A stretch of 64,000 bases of DNA from Chloroflexota bacterium (GTDB lineage: Bacteria > Chloroflexota > UBA11872 > VXOZ01), in assembly GCA_963662335.2 (NCBI GenBank), contig CAXXVD010000003.1, forward strand, positions 128,001-192,000, read 5' to 3'. Position 1 is the stretch's first letter. Every line of letters starts with the position of its first letter. The position numbers and the translations under genes were made by a program. Below, piece by piece: positions 50,377 through 60,270 of this stretch. The notes under the pieces are model-generated. The model worked only from the letters and a program-made list of their open reading frames with translations, was not told the origin of the DNA and made no database searches.

Positions 50377-52260
50377 ATGAAACGGTTCGCGGTGTTCTTT
50401 GCCCTAGCCCTCTTCCTGCTCGCGCCGGCCACACTTTCGGCGGCGGAGTGCCAGTTCGTCCTCGGCTTCAAGACCTTGCGCGACCTGGTCGGCCACGATG
50501 TCGTCGGCGAGTGCCTGGAGAACCAGCGCTACTCTGCCAACGGGAACGCGGAGCAACAGACCACCGGCGGCCTGCTGGTCTGGCGCAAAGCCGACAACTG
50601 GACCGCCTTCACCGACGGCTACCGCACCTGGATCAACGGCCCCAACGGCCTGGAACAACGGCTCAACACCGAGCGCTTCCCCTGGGAGACGGACTACGCC
50701 CCCGGCGGCGGGAGCGCTACCCCTGCGCCCACGCCTACACCAAGTTCAACAGCCGATACTACAGCCACCCCGGTGGCCGCGACTACGCCACTTCCAACGC
50801 CTGAAGCCACAGCCACTCCTGGGCGCACACCCACACCAATTCCAACACCCGATCGCACACCCTCTCCTACGCCGACGCCCGATATGACGTTGAGGGTCGC
50901 TGCGGCGACACGGGAGGTCTATGCTCTGCCTTGGGCGCGGGATGGTGAAAGCCTAACTAAGCTAGAAAAGGACGCACTACTTTATCTGCAGAGTGTTGCT
51001 GGATACTTCCCAGATGTGGCGATGGTTCTCGTGCGGAGGCCTTGGCTGCGTGACGGTGTGAATTGGGAAGAACATCAGGTGATAATTCAACTGCCTCATG
51101 TCATCAACTGGCTGGACGCTGAGTCAGCCTTACGATTTGTGAAGATGCCTTTCCTCGAGGCGTCTGCGTCAATGGAGGATAGCGTTGTTCTGTATACTCT
51201 CGTAGACATGATGACCTACAGTCCAAACCCGGACAAACGAGAGGTCCTGCGAGAGGCGCTCGCGGATCCCTTGCTGCGCGACGGCATCGAGGACGGTTAC
51301 CGAAATCGCGTGGAATTCGTAGCAATTGGCAAACGGTCGCCTGAGATTGTGGCAGCCATCTACTCTTTGCCCTGGATCCAGGACGGCGTTGAAGGCTCCG
51401 AATGGGCTGCCATGACCGTACTCAGCGAAGCATCCATAAGAGCGCCGCAGTTTATCCCAGAATTGGTCTCGCACTCTTGGGTACAAGATGGTCTCGACAA
51501 GGGCGAGATAGACAGGGCTTGGAAACTCTTGGGTCAATCATCCGGGCCCGCGCCCACACCAACGCCCGATATATCGGCTGAGGTCGCTGCGGCGAAACGG
51601 GAGATTTCCGCATTGCCCTGGGTGCGGGACGACGTCAAAGAACCCCCGGATTGGGGAATATCATCATTCCCACTTAGTACACTCGAGGAACTACGGCGAG
51701 CGCTACACCGATTGCAGACAATCGCTGAGAATTCTCCAAGAGCGGCGAGGGTTCTCGTGCGGAGACCTTGGCTTAGGGATGATTTGAGTGAGCCTGAGTA
51801 TCAGGCATTGATGCGTCTATCCTATTTCGCTAAGTTCGATGCGGAGTCAACCCTCAAACTTGTGAGGATGCCTTTCCTCCATTCGTCTGTAGACCGGGGC
51901 GACGCAAGTATCCTGCATGCATTGGACAGCATGATTGCACACAGTACAAATAAGCAAGAGGTCCTGCGAGAGGCGCTCGCGCATCCCTTGCTGCGCGGCG
52001 GCATCGAGGACGGCTACCGCACGCGCGTGGAATTCGTAGCTATCGGCCAACGGTCTCCTGAGATAGCAACAGCCATTTACTCCCTACCTTGGATCCAGGA
52101 TGGCCTTGAAGGCTCTGAGTGGGAAGCGATTACCGTCCTCTACGAGGCGACCTACTTTAAAGAGTTTATCCCAGTCTTGGTTTCGTATCCCTGGGTACGA
52201 GACGGCCTCACTAAGGCCGAACAAAAGAAGGTTTGGGAACTCATGAGGGAGTACTTTTAG
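50377..52260 (+). CDS. Secreted protein: N-terminal domain, Pro/Thr linker, two ~220-aa helical repeat modules
   Basis: GGAGGAG RBS, signal peptide, PTPTP linker, duplicated modules with PW..DG sub-repeats. Confidence 0.85.
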   Translation: MKRFAVFFALALFLLAPATLSAAECQFVLGFKTLRDLVGHDVVGECLENQRYSANGNAEQQTTGGLLVWRKADNWTAFTDGYRTWINGPNGLEQRLNTERFPWETDYAPGGGSATPAPTPTPSSTADTTATPVAATTPLPTPEATATPGRTPTPIPTPDRTPSPTPTPDMTLRVAAATREVYALPWARDGESLTKLEKDALLYLQSVAGYFPDVAMVLVRRPWLRDGVNWEEHQVIIQLPHVINWLDAESALRFVKMPFLEASASMEDSVVLYTLVDMMTYSPNPDKREVLREALADPLLRDGIEDGYRNRVEFVAIGKRSPEIVAAIYSLPWIQDGVEGSEWAAMTVLSEASIRAPQFIPELVSHSWVQDGLDKGEIDRAWKLLGQSSGPAPTPTPDISAEVAAAKREISALPWVRDDVKEPPDWGISSFPLSTLEELRRALHRLQTIAENSPRAARVLVRRPWLRDDLSEPEYQALMRLSYFAKFDAESTLKLVRMPFLHSSVDRGDASILHALDSMIAHSTNKQEVLREALAHPLLRGGIEDGYRTRVEFVAIGQRSPEIATAIYSLPWIQDGLEGSEWEAITVLYEATYFKEFIPVLVSYPWVRDGLTKAEQKKVWELMREYF

Positions 52261-52366
52261 CTACGGATGAAGGCTGGTCAAACCGGCGGCGTTCTACACT
52301 TGCAATGTGCCATTGTTGGACGATAGAGACGAGTTCGATGCGCTGGCGTAGAGGTGATCGAACAGC

Positions 52367-53560
52367 CTAGTCGTCACTTTGATCCTCTTCCTGGATGCGC
52401 AAGTTCTCCAGCTTCAGCAGTTGCCGTTCCATGGCGCGGCGTCTGGTGCCGGTGAGGGTATCGAAGTCGTTGGCCAGGCGCTGGAAGTCGTTTTCCAGTT
52501 TTTCCAGGGCCTCGGCGTAGCGCGACCATTCTTTGGAGAACGCGCTCAGGAGGGCGAGCGTCTCGCCGGCGGTTTGCTGGAGGGTGAAGAACTCGGCGGC
52601 CTGGCGGATGACGCTGAGCACGCCAAAGAGGCTGAACGGCGAGCAGAGGACGACGCGGCTGGCCAGGCTGTCTTCCAGCAGCGCGCCGTCGCGTTGCAGG
52701 ATGAAGCCGTAGACTTGCTCCAGCGGGATGAAGAGCAGGGCGCAATCCACCGTACTGGCGGCGGGATCGATGTACTCGCGGGTGGCGACGGCTTTCACGT
52801 GGCCGCGCACGTCGCGCAGGAATTGTTGTTCCAGGCGCTCGCGGGCGTCGCCGTCTGCCGCCTCCAGGGAGCGCAGGTAGTTGTCCAAAGGAAACTTGAC
52901 GTCCATGTTCAGGCGGCGCTCGTTGGGCAGGGAGAAGGTGAAGTCCGGGCGCGTGCCCGCGGCCGTGGTCGTTTGCTTCGTGTAGTGGATGTTGGGCAGC
53001 AGGCCGGCGGCTTGGAGCACGTCCTCGGCCATGCGCTCGCCCCACGCGCCCCGGGCGCGGCTGTTCGCCAACGTCTCGCGCAGCGAGTTCGTGGTCTCGG
53101 TGAGCCGTTGGGTCTGGTCGGCGGTGTTGCGGATTTCGGTGGTCAGGGCGCTCAGCCGCTCCCCGCTCTGGGCCTGCACGTCGGTCATGAGCGCGCGCAC
53201 CTGCTCCAGGGTCGCGCCCATCTGGCCGAGTTGCTGGTCGATCAGCCGCTTCTTGGCGTCGAAGTCCTGGGAGCTTTGCGTCTGCTGCGCGCCCAGTTCG
53301 CCCTTGGCGATCTCCACCAACTGGCCGGTGCTTTGGTTCAGCGCTTGCAAGGAGAGCGTGCCGAACTGGTCGGCCACCTGTTGCAGGAGCGCCTGGATTT
53401 GCTCGTGCTGGGCGCGCTCGGCCTGCGCTTGGATGCGCGCGCCGACTTCCGCGGCGGCCCGCCCGCGCCAGAAGCCCAGCAGCCACGCCAGGACGAGACC
53501 GAGAATCAGCCCGGCAAGGCCGCCGATGATGAGTTCTGAAAAGTCGATTGCGCTATTCAC
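52367..53560 (-). CDS. rmuC: DNA recombination protein RmuC
   Basis: TM plus coiled coil, RGAWGE, RPD, DVKFPL, YIDP and LFIP.E motifs. Confidence 0.92.
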   Translation of the reverse strand: MNSAIDFSELIIGGLAGLILGLVLAWLLGFWRGRAAAEVGARIQAQAERAQHEQIQALLQQVADQFGTLSLQALNQSTGQLVEIAKGELGAQQTQSSQDFDAKKRLIDQQLGQMGATLEQVRALMTDVQAQSGERLSALTTEIRNTADQTQRLTETTNSLRETLANSRARGAWGERMAEDVLQAAGLLPNIHYTKQTTTAAGTRPDFTFSLPNERRLNMDVKFPLDNYLRSLEAADGDARERLEQQFLRDVRGHVKAVATREYIDPAASTVDCALLFIPLEQVYGFILQRDGALLEDSLASRVVLCSPFSLFGVLSVIRQAAEFFTLQQTAGETLALLSAFSKEWSRYAEALEKLENDFQRLANDFDTLTGTRRRAMERQLLKLENLRIQEEDQSDD

Positions 53561-53650
53561 AGCAACCTTCCGCTTGGAAGTGAAATCGCACCCTCACCCC
53601 GGCTCTCTCCCCAGGTAGGGAGCCATTCCGCACAGGCGGGGGACAAGCCC

Positions 53651-53813
53651 TCATGCTGTCGCACTAGACAGAACGATAGCAAAACCCGCGTCTCAAATCT
53701 CCAGCAGCGTAGGTTTGAAACCTATGAGGCTATTAGGTCAATCCTTTTTCATGTCAGTTTCAATAGTTCCGGCGGGGGACAAGCCCCCGCGCTACGTTAA
53801 TGCGACAGCATAG
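53651..53813 (+). mobile_element. MITE family 1, full-length with perfect 11-bp TSD
   Basis: GGGACAAGCCC at 53640-53650 and 53814-53824; TIRs TCATGCTGTCGCACTAG and TTAATGCGACAGCATAG. Confidence 0.85.
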
Positions 53814-53883
53814 GGGACAAGCCCTCGCGCTACGGCCCTCTCCCGCGGAGAGAGGAAGATAGAGTTGCGGCCGCTTGTCGGTG

Positions 53884-54690
53884 TCACGCCAGGCCGCGGC
53901 GGGCGCCGGCGTCGATGTCGATCGACGTGCCGGTGATCATGGCCGCCTGGTCGGAGGCCAGGTACGCCACCAGATTGGCTACGTCTTCCGGCAAAGTCAC
54001 GCGCCCCAGCGGGTTGGGGGCGCGCATCTCCGCCGCGGCCGCTTGCGCGGACGTGCCCCGCAGCCGCTCGACTTGCGCGGCCATGTCGTCGATCAGGCCG
54101 GTCTCCGTCAGGCCGGGATTCACCATGACCACGCGAATGCGGTCCTGCGCCACCTCGTCGGCAAACGTTTTGGTGAAGGCCAGCAGGCCGGCGTTCATCA
54201 CGCTGGCGATTGCCAAGCGGGTCGAGGGGTCGTGGGCCGAGCCGCCGCCGATGAGGACGATCGCGCCGCCGCCGCTTTGGCGCAGGTAGGGTACGGCCTC
54301 GCGGGCGGCGCGGATGTAGCCCAGCAGCTTGAGGCGGATTTGCTCCTCCCAGGCGGCGTCCGGCACGTCCAGCGTGCCGCCGATGGTGCCGCCGCCCGCG
54401 CAAGCCACTACAGTGTCCAACCGGCCAAGTTGCCCGTGGGCCGTACGCAGGGCGGCTTGGACGTCGCTGAGTTGCGTCACGTCGGCGGTGAGGCCGATTG
54501 CGCGGCGGCCGGTCTCCTGGGCGATGGCGCGGGCCGCCCGTTCCACGGTATCGGTCGTGCGCGCCAGCAGCGCCACGTCCGCGCCCCGCGCGGCCAGAGT
54601 GCGGCCGATTGCCCGGCCGATGCCCCGGCTGCCGCCGGTAACAACCGCGGCGCGGCCTGCCGCCCGGCTCTCCGAGATCTGCGATTCCAT
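53884..54690 (-). CDS. SDR family oxidoreductase (atypical active site)
   Basis: TGGSRGIG, VNPG..ET and IDAG; no YxxxK. Confidence 0.88.
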   Translation of the reverse strand: MESQISESRAAGRAAVVTGGSRGIGRAIGRTLAARGADVALLARTTDTVERAARAIAQETGRRAIGLTADVTQLSDVQAALRTAHGQLGRLDTVVACAGGGTIGGTLDVPDAAWEEQIRLKLLGYIRAAREAVPYLRQSGGGAIVLIGGGSAHDPSTRLAIASVMNAGLLAFTKTFADEVAQDRIRVVMVNPGLTETGLIDDMAAQVERLRGTSAQAAAAEMRAPNPLGRVTLPEDVANLVAYLASDQAAMITGTSIDIDAGARRGLA

Positions 54691-54817
54691 AGCATTGCTC
54701 CCGCGTTCTTGGCGCCGCCGCTGCGCGCGGCGGGCGCTCACCTTGTTGCATACAGTACGTCTATGTTATAATTGTTGAAAAGCGCGCGTGCTGTTTTGCA
54801 GATACGCACAAGCCACA

Positions 54818-54846
54818 TTGCAAGTTATGAAAGAATGTTCTATACT
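54818..54846 (+). promoter_or_regulatory. Sigma70-type promoter
   Basis: TTGCAA-N17-TATACT; another TGnTATAAT at 54764-54772. Confidence 0.55.
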
Positions 54847-55019
54847 TTATCGAAAAGAGGCCATGCGCTCGCCCAAAGCGCCGTCCGCACCTTCGCGCCG
54901 CGTACCGTGCCTGGCCTCGTGCCGCGTTCCAGGTTGCGCATCGCGGCGAGAACGGGCCGGCGGTGCGCGGCGGTCGCGGCAGGCGGCGGCGTTCCTTCTG
55001 GTATCTTGCGCGCTATCGT

Positions 55020-55043
55020 TGCTACAATGAATCATGTGTAGCA
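55020..55043 (+). promoter_or_regulatory. Palindromic operator overlapping an extended -10 of the efflux operon
   Basis: TGCTACA-ATGAATCATG-TGTAGCA, containing TGnTACAAT. Confidence 0.5.
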
Positions 55044-55147
55044 TATCCCATTCCGCTGCAAAGTGCCGCTCAGGGCGCCTGGGAGCGCGCGGACGGCGGC
55101 CTTGAACCGAGCTAACGCAACGTAGTACGAAGGACGGAGAGAAGACT

Positions 55148-57088
55148 GTGGCCAGATGGCAGAAGATTGCGCTATTGGTTGTCGTGCTGGGGGCGCTGGT
55201 CGCCGCCGGGCGGTTCGTCGTCTTGCCGCGCCTGAGCGGTGGTTCGGGCGACGCGGTGGCGGTGGAAGAGACGACGTTCGTCACCATCGGCCGCGGCACG
55301 CTCAAATCCACGGTCAGCGCCTCCGGCAGCATCGTCTATCCGGAGCAGGTGAATCTCGGCTTTCCGGTCGCGGCAGACTTGCGTGAAATCCTGGTGGCCG
55401 TGGGCGACGAGGTGGCGGTGGGCGCGCCGCTGGCCGCCATTGACGACACCGATCTGCGCATCGCGGTGCAGGAGCGGGAGGCGGATCTGCGCACGGCCGA
55501 GTTGAACTACGAGAAGCTGGCGGAGCCGGCGCGCACCGAAGACGTCCGCACCAAAGAACTCGCGGTGGCCGATGCCGAGACCAGGCTGGCGGAACTGCTG
55601 GACGGCCCGACGCAAACCGAAGTCAACGACGCGGAGACGGCCGTGCTCAGCGCTCAAGTTGCCTACGATAGAGCCGTCACGGCGCTCGAGGCCCTGCGCA
55701 ATCCCACGGCAAGCGACGTGTCCGCCGCCCGCAACGAGGTCAAGAGCGCGGAAGCGGCCCTGGCGGCGGCGCAGGAGAATCTGGACGCGCTGCGGGCGGG
55801 CGGCACCGAGGCCAGGGTGCAAGCGGCCGCTAATGCGCTCCTGATAGCACGGAACAGATATTACGAGGAGAGAGAGCGCATAAAGGATGAGATCCAGAAA
55901 CTCATCGATGAGTTGGAAGACGCCGAAGAGCGTCTGGATGATGCCAAAGAAGAGCATGAGGAGCGGAATAACGCCTTTACCGAGCGCGTCCTGGAGGATG
56001 CGCAGGAGAACTACGACGAGGTAAAGGAGAAGGTGGATGAAGAGGTAGAGGAGTTGACCCTGCAACTCCTGCCAAACCCGTCGCGCGGCACGAGAGCAGG
56101 CGAACTCTTGGGCGCGGCGAGAGAGGCGGAGTCAGCGTATGAGAGTGCGCAAGTGTCGGCAGCGGACGGCGAGCAGGCGGCTGAGCGCAGCGTGGATAGC
56201 GCCATGCGCACCCTGACTGTCGCGCAGGATAGGCTCGAAGCCTTGCTCAACCCCGCGGCGGAAGACGTGACGCTGGCCGAAAAGGAGGCGCAGAGCGCCC
56301 GCTTGAGCCTGGAAAACGCCCAGCGCAAGCGAACCGAGGTGCTGGAGGGCCCGCAGAGCGATGAAGTGGAAAAGGCGCGCAACGATTTGGAACTCAAGCG
56401 CCTCGACCTGCAAGAGACCCGCGCCGGGGCCGCCAGCGAGGATCTTGAGTTGGAACGCCTGAAAGTGGAGCGCGCCCGGCGCAACCTGGAAACGGCCCAA
56501 CAAGACCTGGCGGACGCCATCCTGCGCGCGCCCTTTGCCGGCGTGGTGGCGGCCGTGAACGGCAGCGTGGGCCAGAAGCCGGAAGCCGTTGTGGTCACGC
56601 TGGTGCGCACGGACCGGGTGGAGATGCACGCCCGCGTGGATGAGGCGGACGTGACCAGCGTGCAGAAAGGCCAACCGGTGGTCGTGACGCTCTTCGCCTC
56701 TCCCGACGCCAGTATCGCCGGCACGGTGGACACCATCTCGCCGGTTTCCACTACCGAGCAGGGCGTGGTGCTCTATCCCATCACCATTCGCCTGGATCCG
56801 GGCGGCCAGCGCCTGCCGGGCGGCCTCTCCGCCAACGCGATCATCGAGGTGGCCAGCCGCAGCAACATCCTGCTGGCGCCAAATCGCGCCATCCGGCGCG
56901 AGGAAGAAGAGCGCGTGGTCTACGTGCGCGTGGATGGGAACACCCTGGAGCGGCGCGTGGTGGAAACCGGCGTGCGCGACAACGAATTCTCCGAAATCCT
57001 CAGCGGCTTGAGCGAAGGCGAAGAGGTGGCAATCATACCGCGCACCGGCGGCACTATCGGCAGCGGCTTCAACGTGCGCACTCGCTAG
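55148..57088 (+). CDS. HlyD/MacA-type adaptor subunit with very long coiled coil
   Basis: N-terminal TM, lipoyl halves ([16 protein letters not shown]), [15 protein letters not shown]. Confidence 0.88.
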   Translation: MARWQKIALLVVVLGALVAAGRFVVLPRLSGGSGDAVAVEETTFVTIGRGTLKSTVSASGSIVYPEQVNLGFPVAADLREILVAVGDEVAVGAPLAAIDDTDLRIAVQEREADLRTAELNYEKLAEPARTEDVRTKELAVADAETRLAELLDGPTQTEVNDAETAVLSAQVAYDRAVTALEALRNPTASDVSAARNEVKSAEAALAAAQENLDALRAGGTEARVQAAANALLIARNRYYEERERIKDEIQKLIDELEDAEERLDDAKEEHEERNNAFTERVLEDAQENYDEVKEKVDEEVEELTLQLLPNPSRGTRAGELLGAAREAESAYESAQVSAADGEQAAERSVDSAMRTLTVAQDRLEALLNPAAEDVTLAEKEAQSARLSLENAQRKRTEVLEGPQSDEVEKARNDLELKRLDLQETRAGAASEDLELERLKVERARRNLETAQQDLADAILRAPFAGVVAAVNGSVGQKPEAVVVTLVRTDRVEMHARVDEADVTSVQKGQPVVVTLFASPDASIAGTVDTISPVSTTEQGVVLYPITIRLDPGGQRLPGGLSANAIIEVASRSNILLAPNRAIRREEEERVVYVRVDGNTLERRVVETGVRDNEFSEILSGLSEGEEVAIIPRTGGTIGSGFNVRTR

Positions 57089-57152
57089 CCGGGCGCGCCA
57101 GGGCCGGACAAGGCCCAAAGCGCGCGCCGGACCGAGAGATGGGACGACGACC

Positions 57153-58112
57153 ATGCGCGACCCCGTAATCGAGACGACCGAACTCCGGAAGACCTACGTG
57201 ATGGGGGATTCTGAGATCCACGCCCTGGACGGCGTCTCCATCCAGATCGGGCGAGGCGAACTGCTGGCGATCACCGGGCAATCCGGCTCGGGCAAGTCCA
57301 CGCTCATGAACATCCTCGGCTGCCTGGACCGGCCCGACGGCGGCGTCTACCGGCTGGAAGGCGAGGACGTCTCCACGCTGAACGATAACCGCCTGGCGGA
57401 AATCCGCAGCCGCAAGATCGGGTTCGTCTTCCAGTCGTTCAATCTGCTGCCCCGCGTGAACGCCCTGGAGCAGGTGGAACTGCCGCTGCTCTACGGCGGC
57501 GGCCGGCGTGAGCAGCCGCAAGAGGCGGGGCCGGCCGCGGGCCGCGAACGAGGCCCGGCCGGCGGGCAGGAGCAGCGCGTCGCCACGGCCCGCAGCCTGC
57601 TGCTGCAACGCGGCGGCTCCCGCTGGCGCGACCGGGCGCGCGAAGCCCTGATCGCCGTGGGCCTGGAAGACCGCATGAACCACAAGCCGACGGAACTTTC
57701 CGGCGGCCAGCAGCAGCGGGTCGCCATTGCCCGCGCCCTGGTGACCGACCCGGCCATCATCCTGGCCGACGAACCCACCGGCAACCTGGATTCGCGCACT
57801 AGTGAGGAACTGATGGCGCTGCTGCTCACGCTCAATAGCGACCGGGGGATTACGGTAGTCTTCATCACCCACGAGGAAGAGATCGCGCGCCGCACCAACC
57901 GCATCCTGCGCATGCGCGACGGCCGCATCGCCGGCGAGGAGCGCGGTGAAATGGGCGGCGCAAACAAGGCCGCGCCCGCCCCACCCGCCGCAGACGCGGC
58001 GCCAACGCCGCTGGGCGCGCAGAGCCGGGGCGCGGCGGCAGGCGCCCTGCGGCAAGCGGGGGCGTCGCCGGTGCCGCCGGCGCAGCCGCCGCGTGACGAG
58101 GCCGGCCCGTGA
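57153..58112 (+). CDS. ABC transporter ATP-binding protein (MacB/LolD type)
   Basis: [35 protein letters not shown] and ITHE motifs. Confidence 0.95.
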   Translation: MRDPVIETTELRKTYVMGDSEIHALDGVSIQIGRGELLAITGQSGSGKSTLMNILGCLDRPDGGVYRLEGEDVSTLNDNRLAEIRSRKIGFVFQSFNLLPRVNALEQVELPLLYGGGRREQPQEAGPAAGRERGPAGGQEQRVATARSLLLQRGGSRWRDRAREALIAVGLEDRMNHKPTELSGGQQQRVAIARALVTDPAIILADEPTGNLDSRTSEELMALLLTLNSDRGITVVFITHEEEIARRTNRILRMRDGRIAGEERGEMGGANKAAPAPPAADAAPTPLGAQSRGAAAGALRQAGASPVPPAQPPRDEAGP

Positions 58113-59365
58113 ACGTCGCCACGCTCAAAGTGGCGCTCAGCGCCCTGGCCGCCAACAAACTGCGCACCATCCTCACCCTGCTGGGCATCGTCATCGGCGT
58201 GGCCTCGGTCACGGCGCTCATGTCGATCGGCCGGGGCGTGGAGAAGCAGATCACCGGCGAACTACAGGCCACCGGCACCAACGTGCTCTTCATCTTCAGC
58301 GGGCGGCCCAGCGGCTCTTCCAGCGAGGCCCGCGTCGAGGAACTCACCTACGAGGACGCGCAAGCCTTGGAGGAGTTGACGTGGGACGGGACGTTGGTGG
58401 GCGTGGCAGCGGCGGGCAGCGAGTTGCGGCTGAACGTGGTGGCGCAGGGCCGGGACACGAGCGTATCCGTGAGCGGCGTGACGGCAAGCTATCCCGACGT
58501 GAACAATCTCACGCTGGCGTATGGCGATACGCTGACGCAGTCGGACATCGACTCCCGCGCCACCGTGGCCGTACTGGGGGCTAACGTGGCCGCTGACTTG
58601 TTTCCGGACGCCGACCCGATCGATCAGACTATCCGCGCCGCAAACCTGCGCCTGCGCGTGATTGGCGTGCTGGAGGAACAGGGCGGCGGCGGCTTTGGCG
58701 GCAGCCCGGACGACATCGTCCTGATTCCCATCACCACCGCCCACGCCCGCCTGAGCCGCTGGCTCACCGCCCGGGGCGAACAGCCGGTCAGCAGCATCAG
58801 CGTGGAACTGCTGGACGCCGAGGAAGAGACGATAAACACCGGCTCGGCCGCCATCCGGGAGATCCTGCGCGAGCGGCACGAGATTCCCGACGAAGAGGAA
58901 GATGACTTCATCATCATCAGCCCGATAGACCTGATTGCGGCGGTGAGCGGCGCTTTAGCCGTCTTCACCGCCTTCCTGGGGGCGATTGCGGGCATTTCCC
59001 TGCTGGTGGGCGGCATCGGCATCATGAACATCATGCTGGTCTCCGTGACCGAGCGCACCCGCGAGATCGGCATCCGCAAGGCCGTGGGCGCGAAACGGCG
59101 GGACATCCTCATCCAGTTCCTGGTGGAAAGCGTGGTGGTGAGCCTGCTGGGCGGCCTGCTGGGCATCCTGCTCGGCGCGCTGATCTCCTTTGGCATCGCG
59201 CAGATTCCGCTGGGCGGCGACGGCGAAACCCTGCAAACGGCCATTACGCTGGACATCATCCTGCTGGCCGTGAGCGTCTCGGCGACGGTGGGCATCTTCT
59301 TCGGCATCTATCCCGCCAACCGCGCCGCCCGCCTGGACCCCATCCAAGCCCTTCGCTACGAGTAA
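58109..59365 (+). CDS. ABC transporter permease (MacB/FtsX type)
   Basis: [38 protein letters not shown] and [10 protein letters not shown]. Confidence 0.95.
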   Translation: MNVATLKVALSALAANKLRTILTLLGIVIGVASVTALMSIGRGVEKQITGELQATGTNVLFIFSGRPSGSSSEARVEELTYEDAQALEELTWDGTLVGVAAAGSELRLNVVAQGRDTSVSVSGVTASYPDVNNLTLAYGDTLTQSDIDSRATVAVLGANVAADLFPDADPIDQTIRAANLRLRVIGVLEEQGGGGFGGSPDDIVLIPITTAHARLSRWLTARGEQPVSSISVELLDAEEETINTGSAAIREILRERHEIPDEEEDDFIIISPIDLIAAVSGALAVFTAFLGAIAGISLLVGGIGIMNIMLVSVTERTREIGIRKAVGAKRRDILIQFLVESVVVSLLGGLLGILLGALISFGIAQIPLGGDGETLQTAITLDIILLAVSVSATVGIFFGIYPANRAARLDPIQALRYE

Positions 59366-59433
59366 CGGCCCGCCGCCCGGCGGCAATCATGTCCCCTGTC
59401 CCTGAAGAGACCTTTGCAAAACCCCCGGCGTAT

Positions 59434-59561
59434 GTCATTCCGAACGGAGCGCAGCGGAGTGAGGAATCTAAGGTGAAACCCGCCAAGAGCAGCGCCTCTG
59501 CTGAAGTGTCCAGTCGATTCGGCTGCAACGCCCTTAGATTCCTCGCAGCGCTCGGAATGAC
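59434..59561. repeat. Family C inverted-repeat element
   Basis: Arms as at 33804; loop homologous to that of 15655-15772. Confidence 0.85.
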
Positions 59562-59637
59562 AGCACGGGTGACCAGGTATACAAATAGCTCCTTCGCATA
59601 GAACCGTCTGCGGAGCTAACTGACAGGGAGGTCTGCT

Positions 59638-60249
59638 GTGCAACAAGGATCCTCGTACGATGAGCGCTATGCGGCCCCGGCGTATCACTGGGGCACGAAA
59701 CCCTCTGCCATTTGCGCGCGCGTCTTGCAATTGCTGCCCCCGGCGCGGCGGCCCTTGCTGCTGGACATCGGCTGCGGCGAGGGCAGGAACGCGGTCTACT
59801 TTGCGCGCAACGGGTATGCGGTGACGGCGTTCGATCTGGCGGCGGCCGGGGTGGCCAAGACGGAACGCCTGGCGGAGGCTGCGAACGTGCGGCTGGCGGT
59901 CTTTCAAGCCGACATGAACGAGCACCGGTTGGCGGAGAGTTTCGACGTCCTGTTCTCAACCGGCGTCTTCCACCTCGCGCCCCGCGCGCTGCGCCAGGAG
60001 CTTTTTTCCCATTACAAACAACACACGAATTGCGGGGGGTTGAACGTCTTCTCCGTCTTCGTGCGCAAGCCCTTCATCGGCAAAGCGCCGGATAGCGACC
60101 CGGGCGCGGAGCCGTGGCTCTCGGGCGAACTCCTCACGCTCTACCACGATTGGAAGATCGAGTACTGCACTGAAGAGATCTTCGACTGTATGTCCGGCGG
60201 CATTCCGCACCAGCACGCGATGAGCCGCATGATCGCGCGGAAGCCATAG
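59638..60249 (+). CDS. Class I SAM-dependent methyltransferase (TehB-like)
   Basis: LLDIGCGEGRNAVYFA and GELL..Y.DW motifs. Confidence 0.85.
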   Translation: MQQGSSYDERYAAPAYHWGTKPSAICARVLQLLPPARRPLLLDIGCGEGRNAVYFARNGYAVTAFDLAAAGVAKTERLAEAANVRLAVFQADMNEHRLAESFDVLFSTGVFHLAPRALRQELFSHYKQHTNCGGLNVFSVFVRKPFIGKAPDSDPGAEPWLSGELLTLYHDWKIEYCTEEIFDCMSGGIPHQHAMSRMIARKP

Positions 60250-60270
60250 ACGCCCCGCGGGGCAGTCCCT

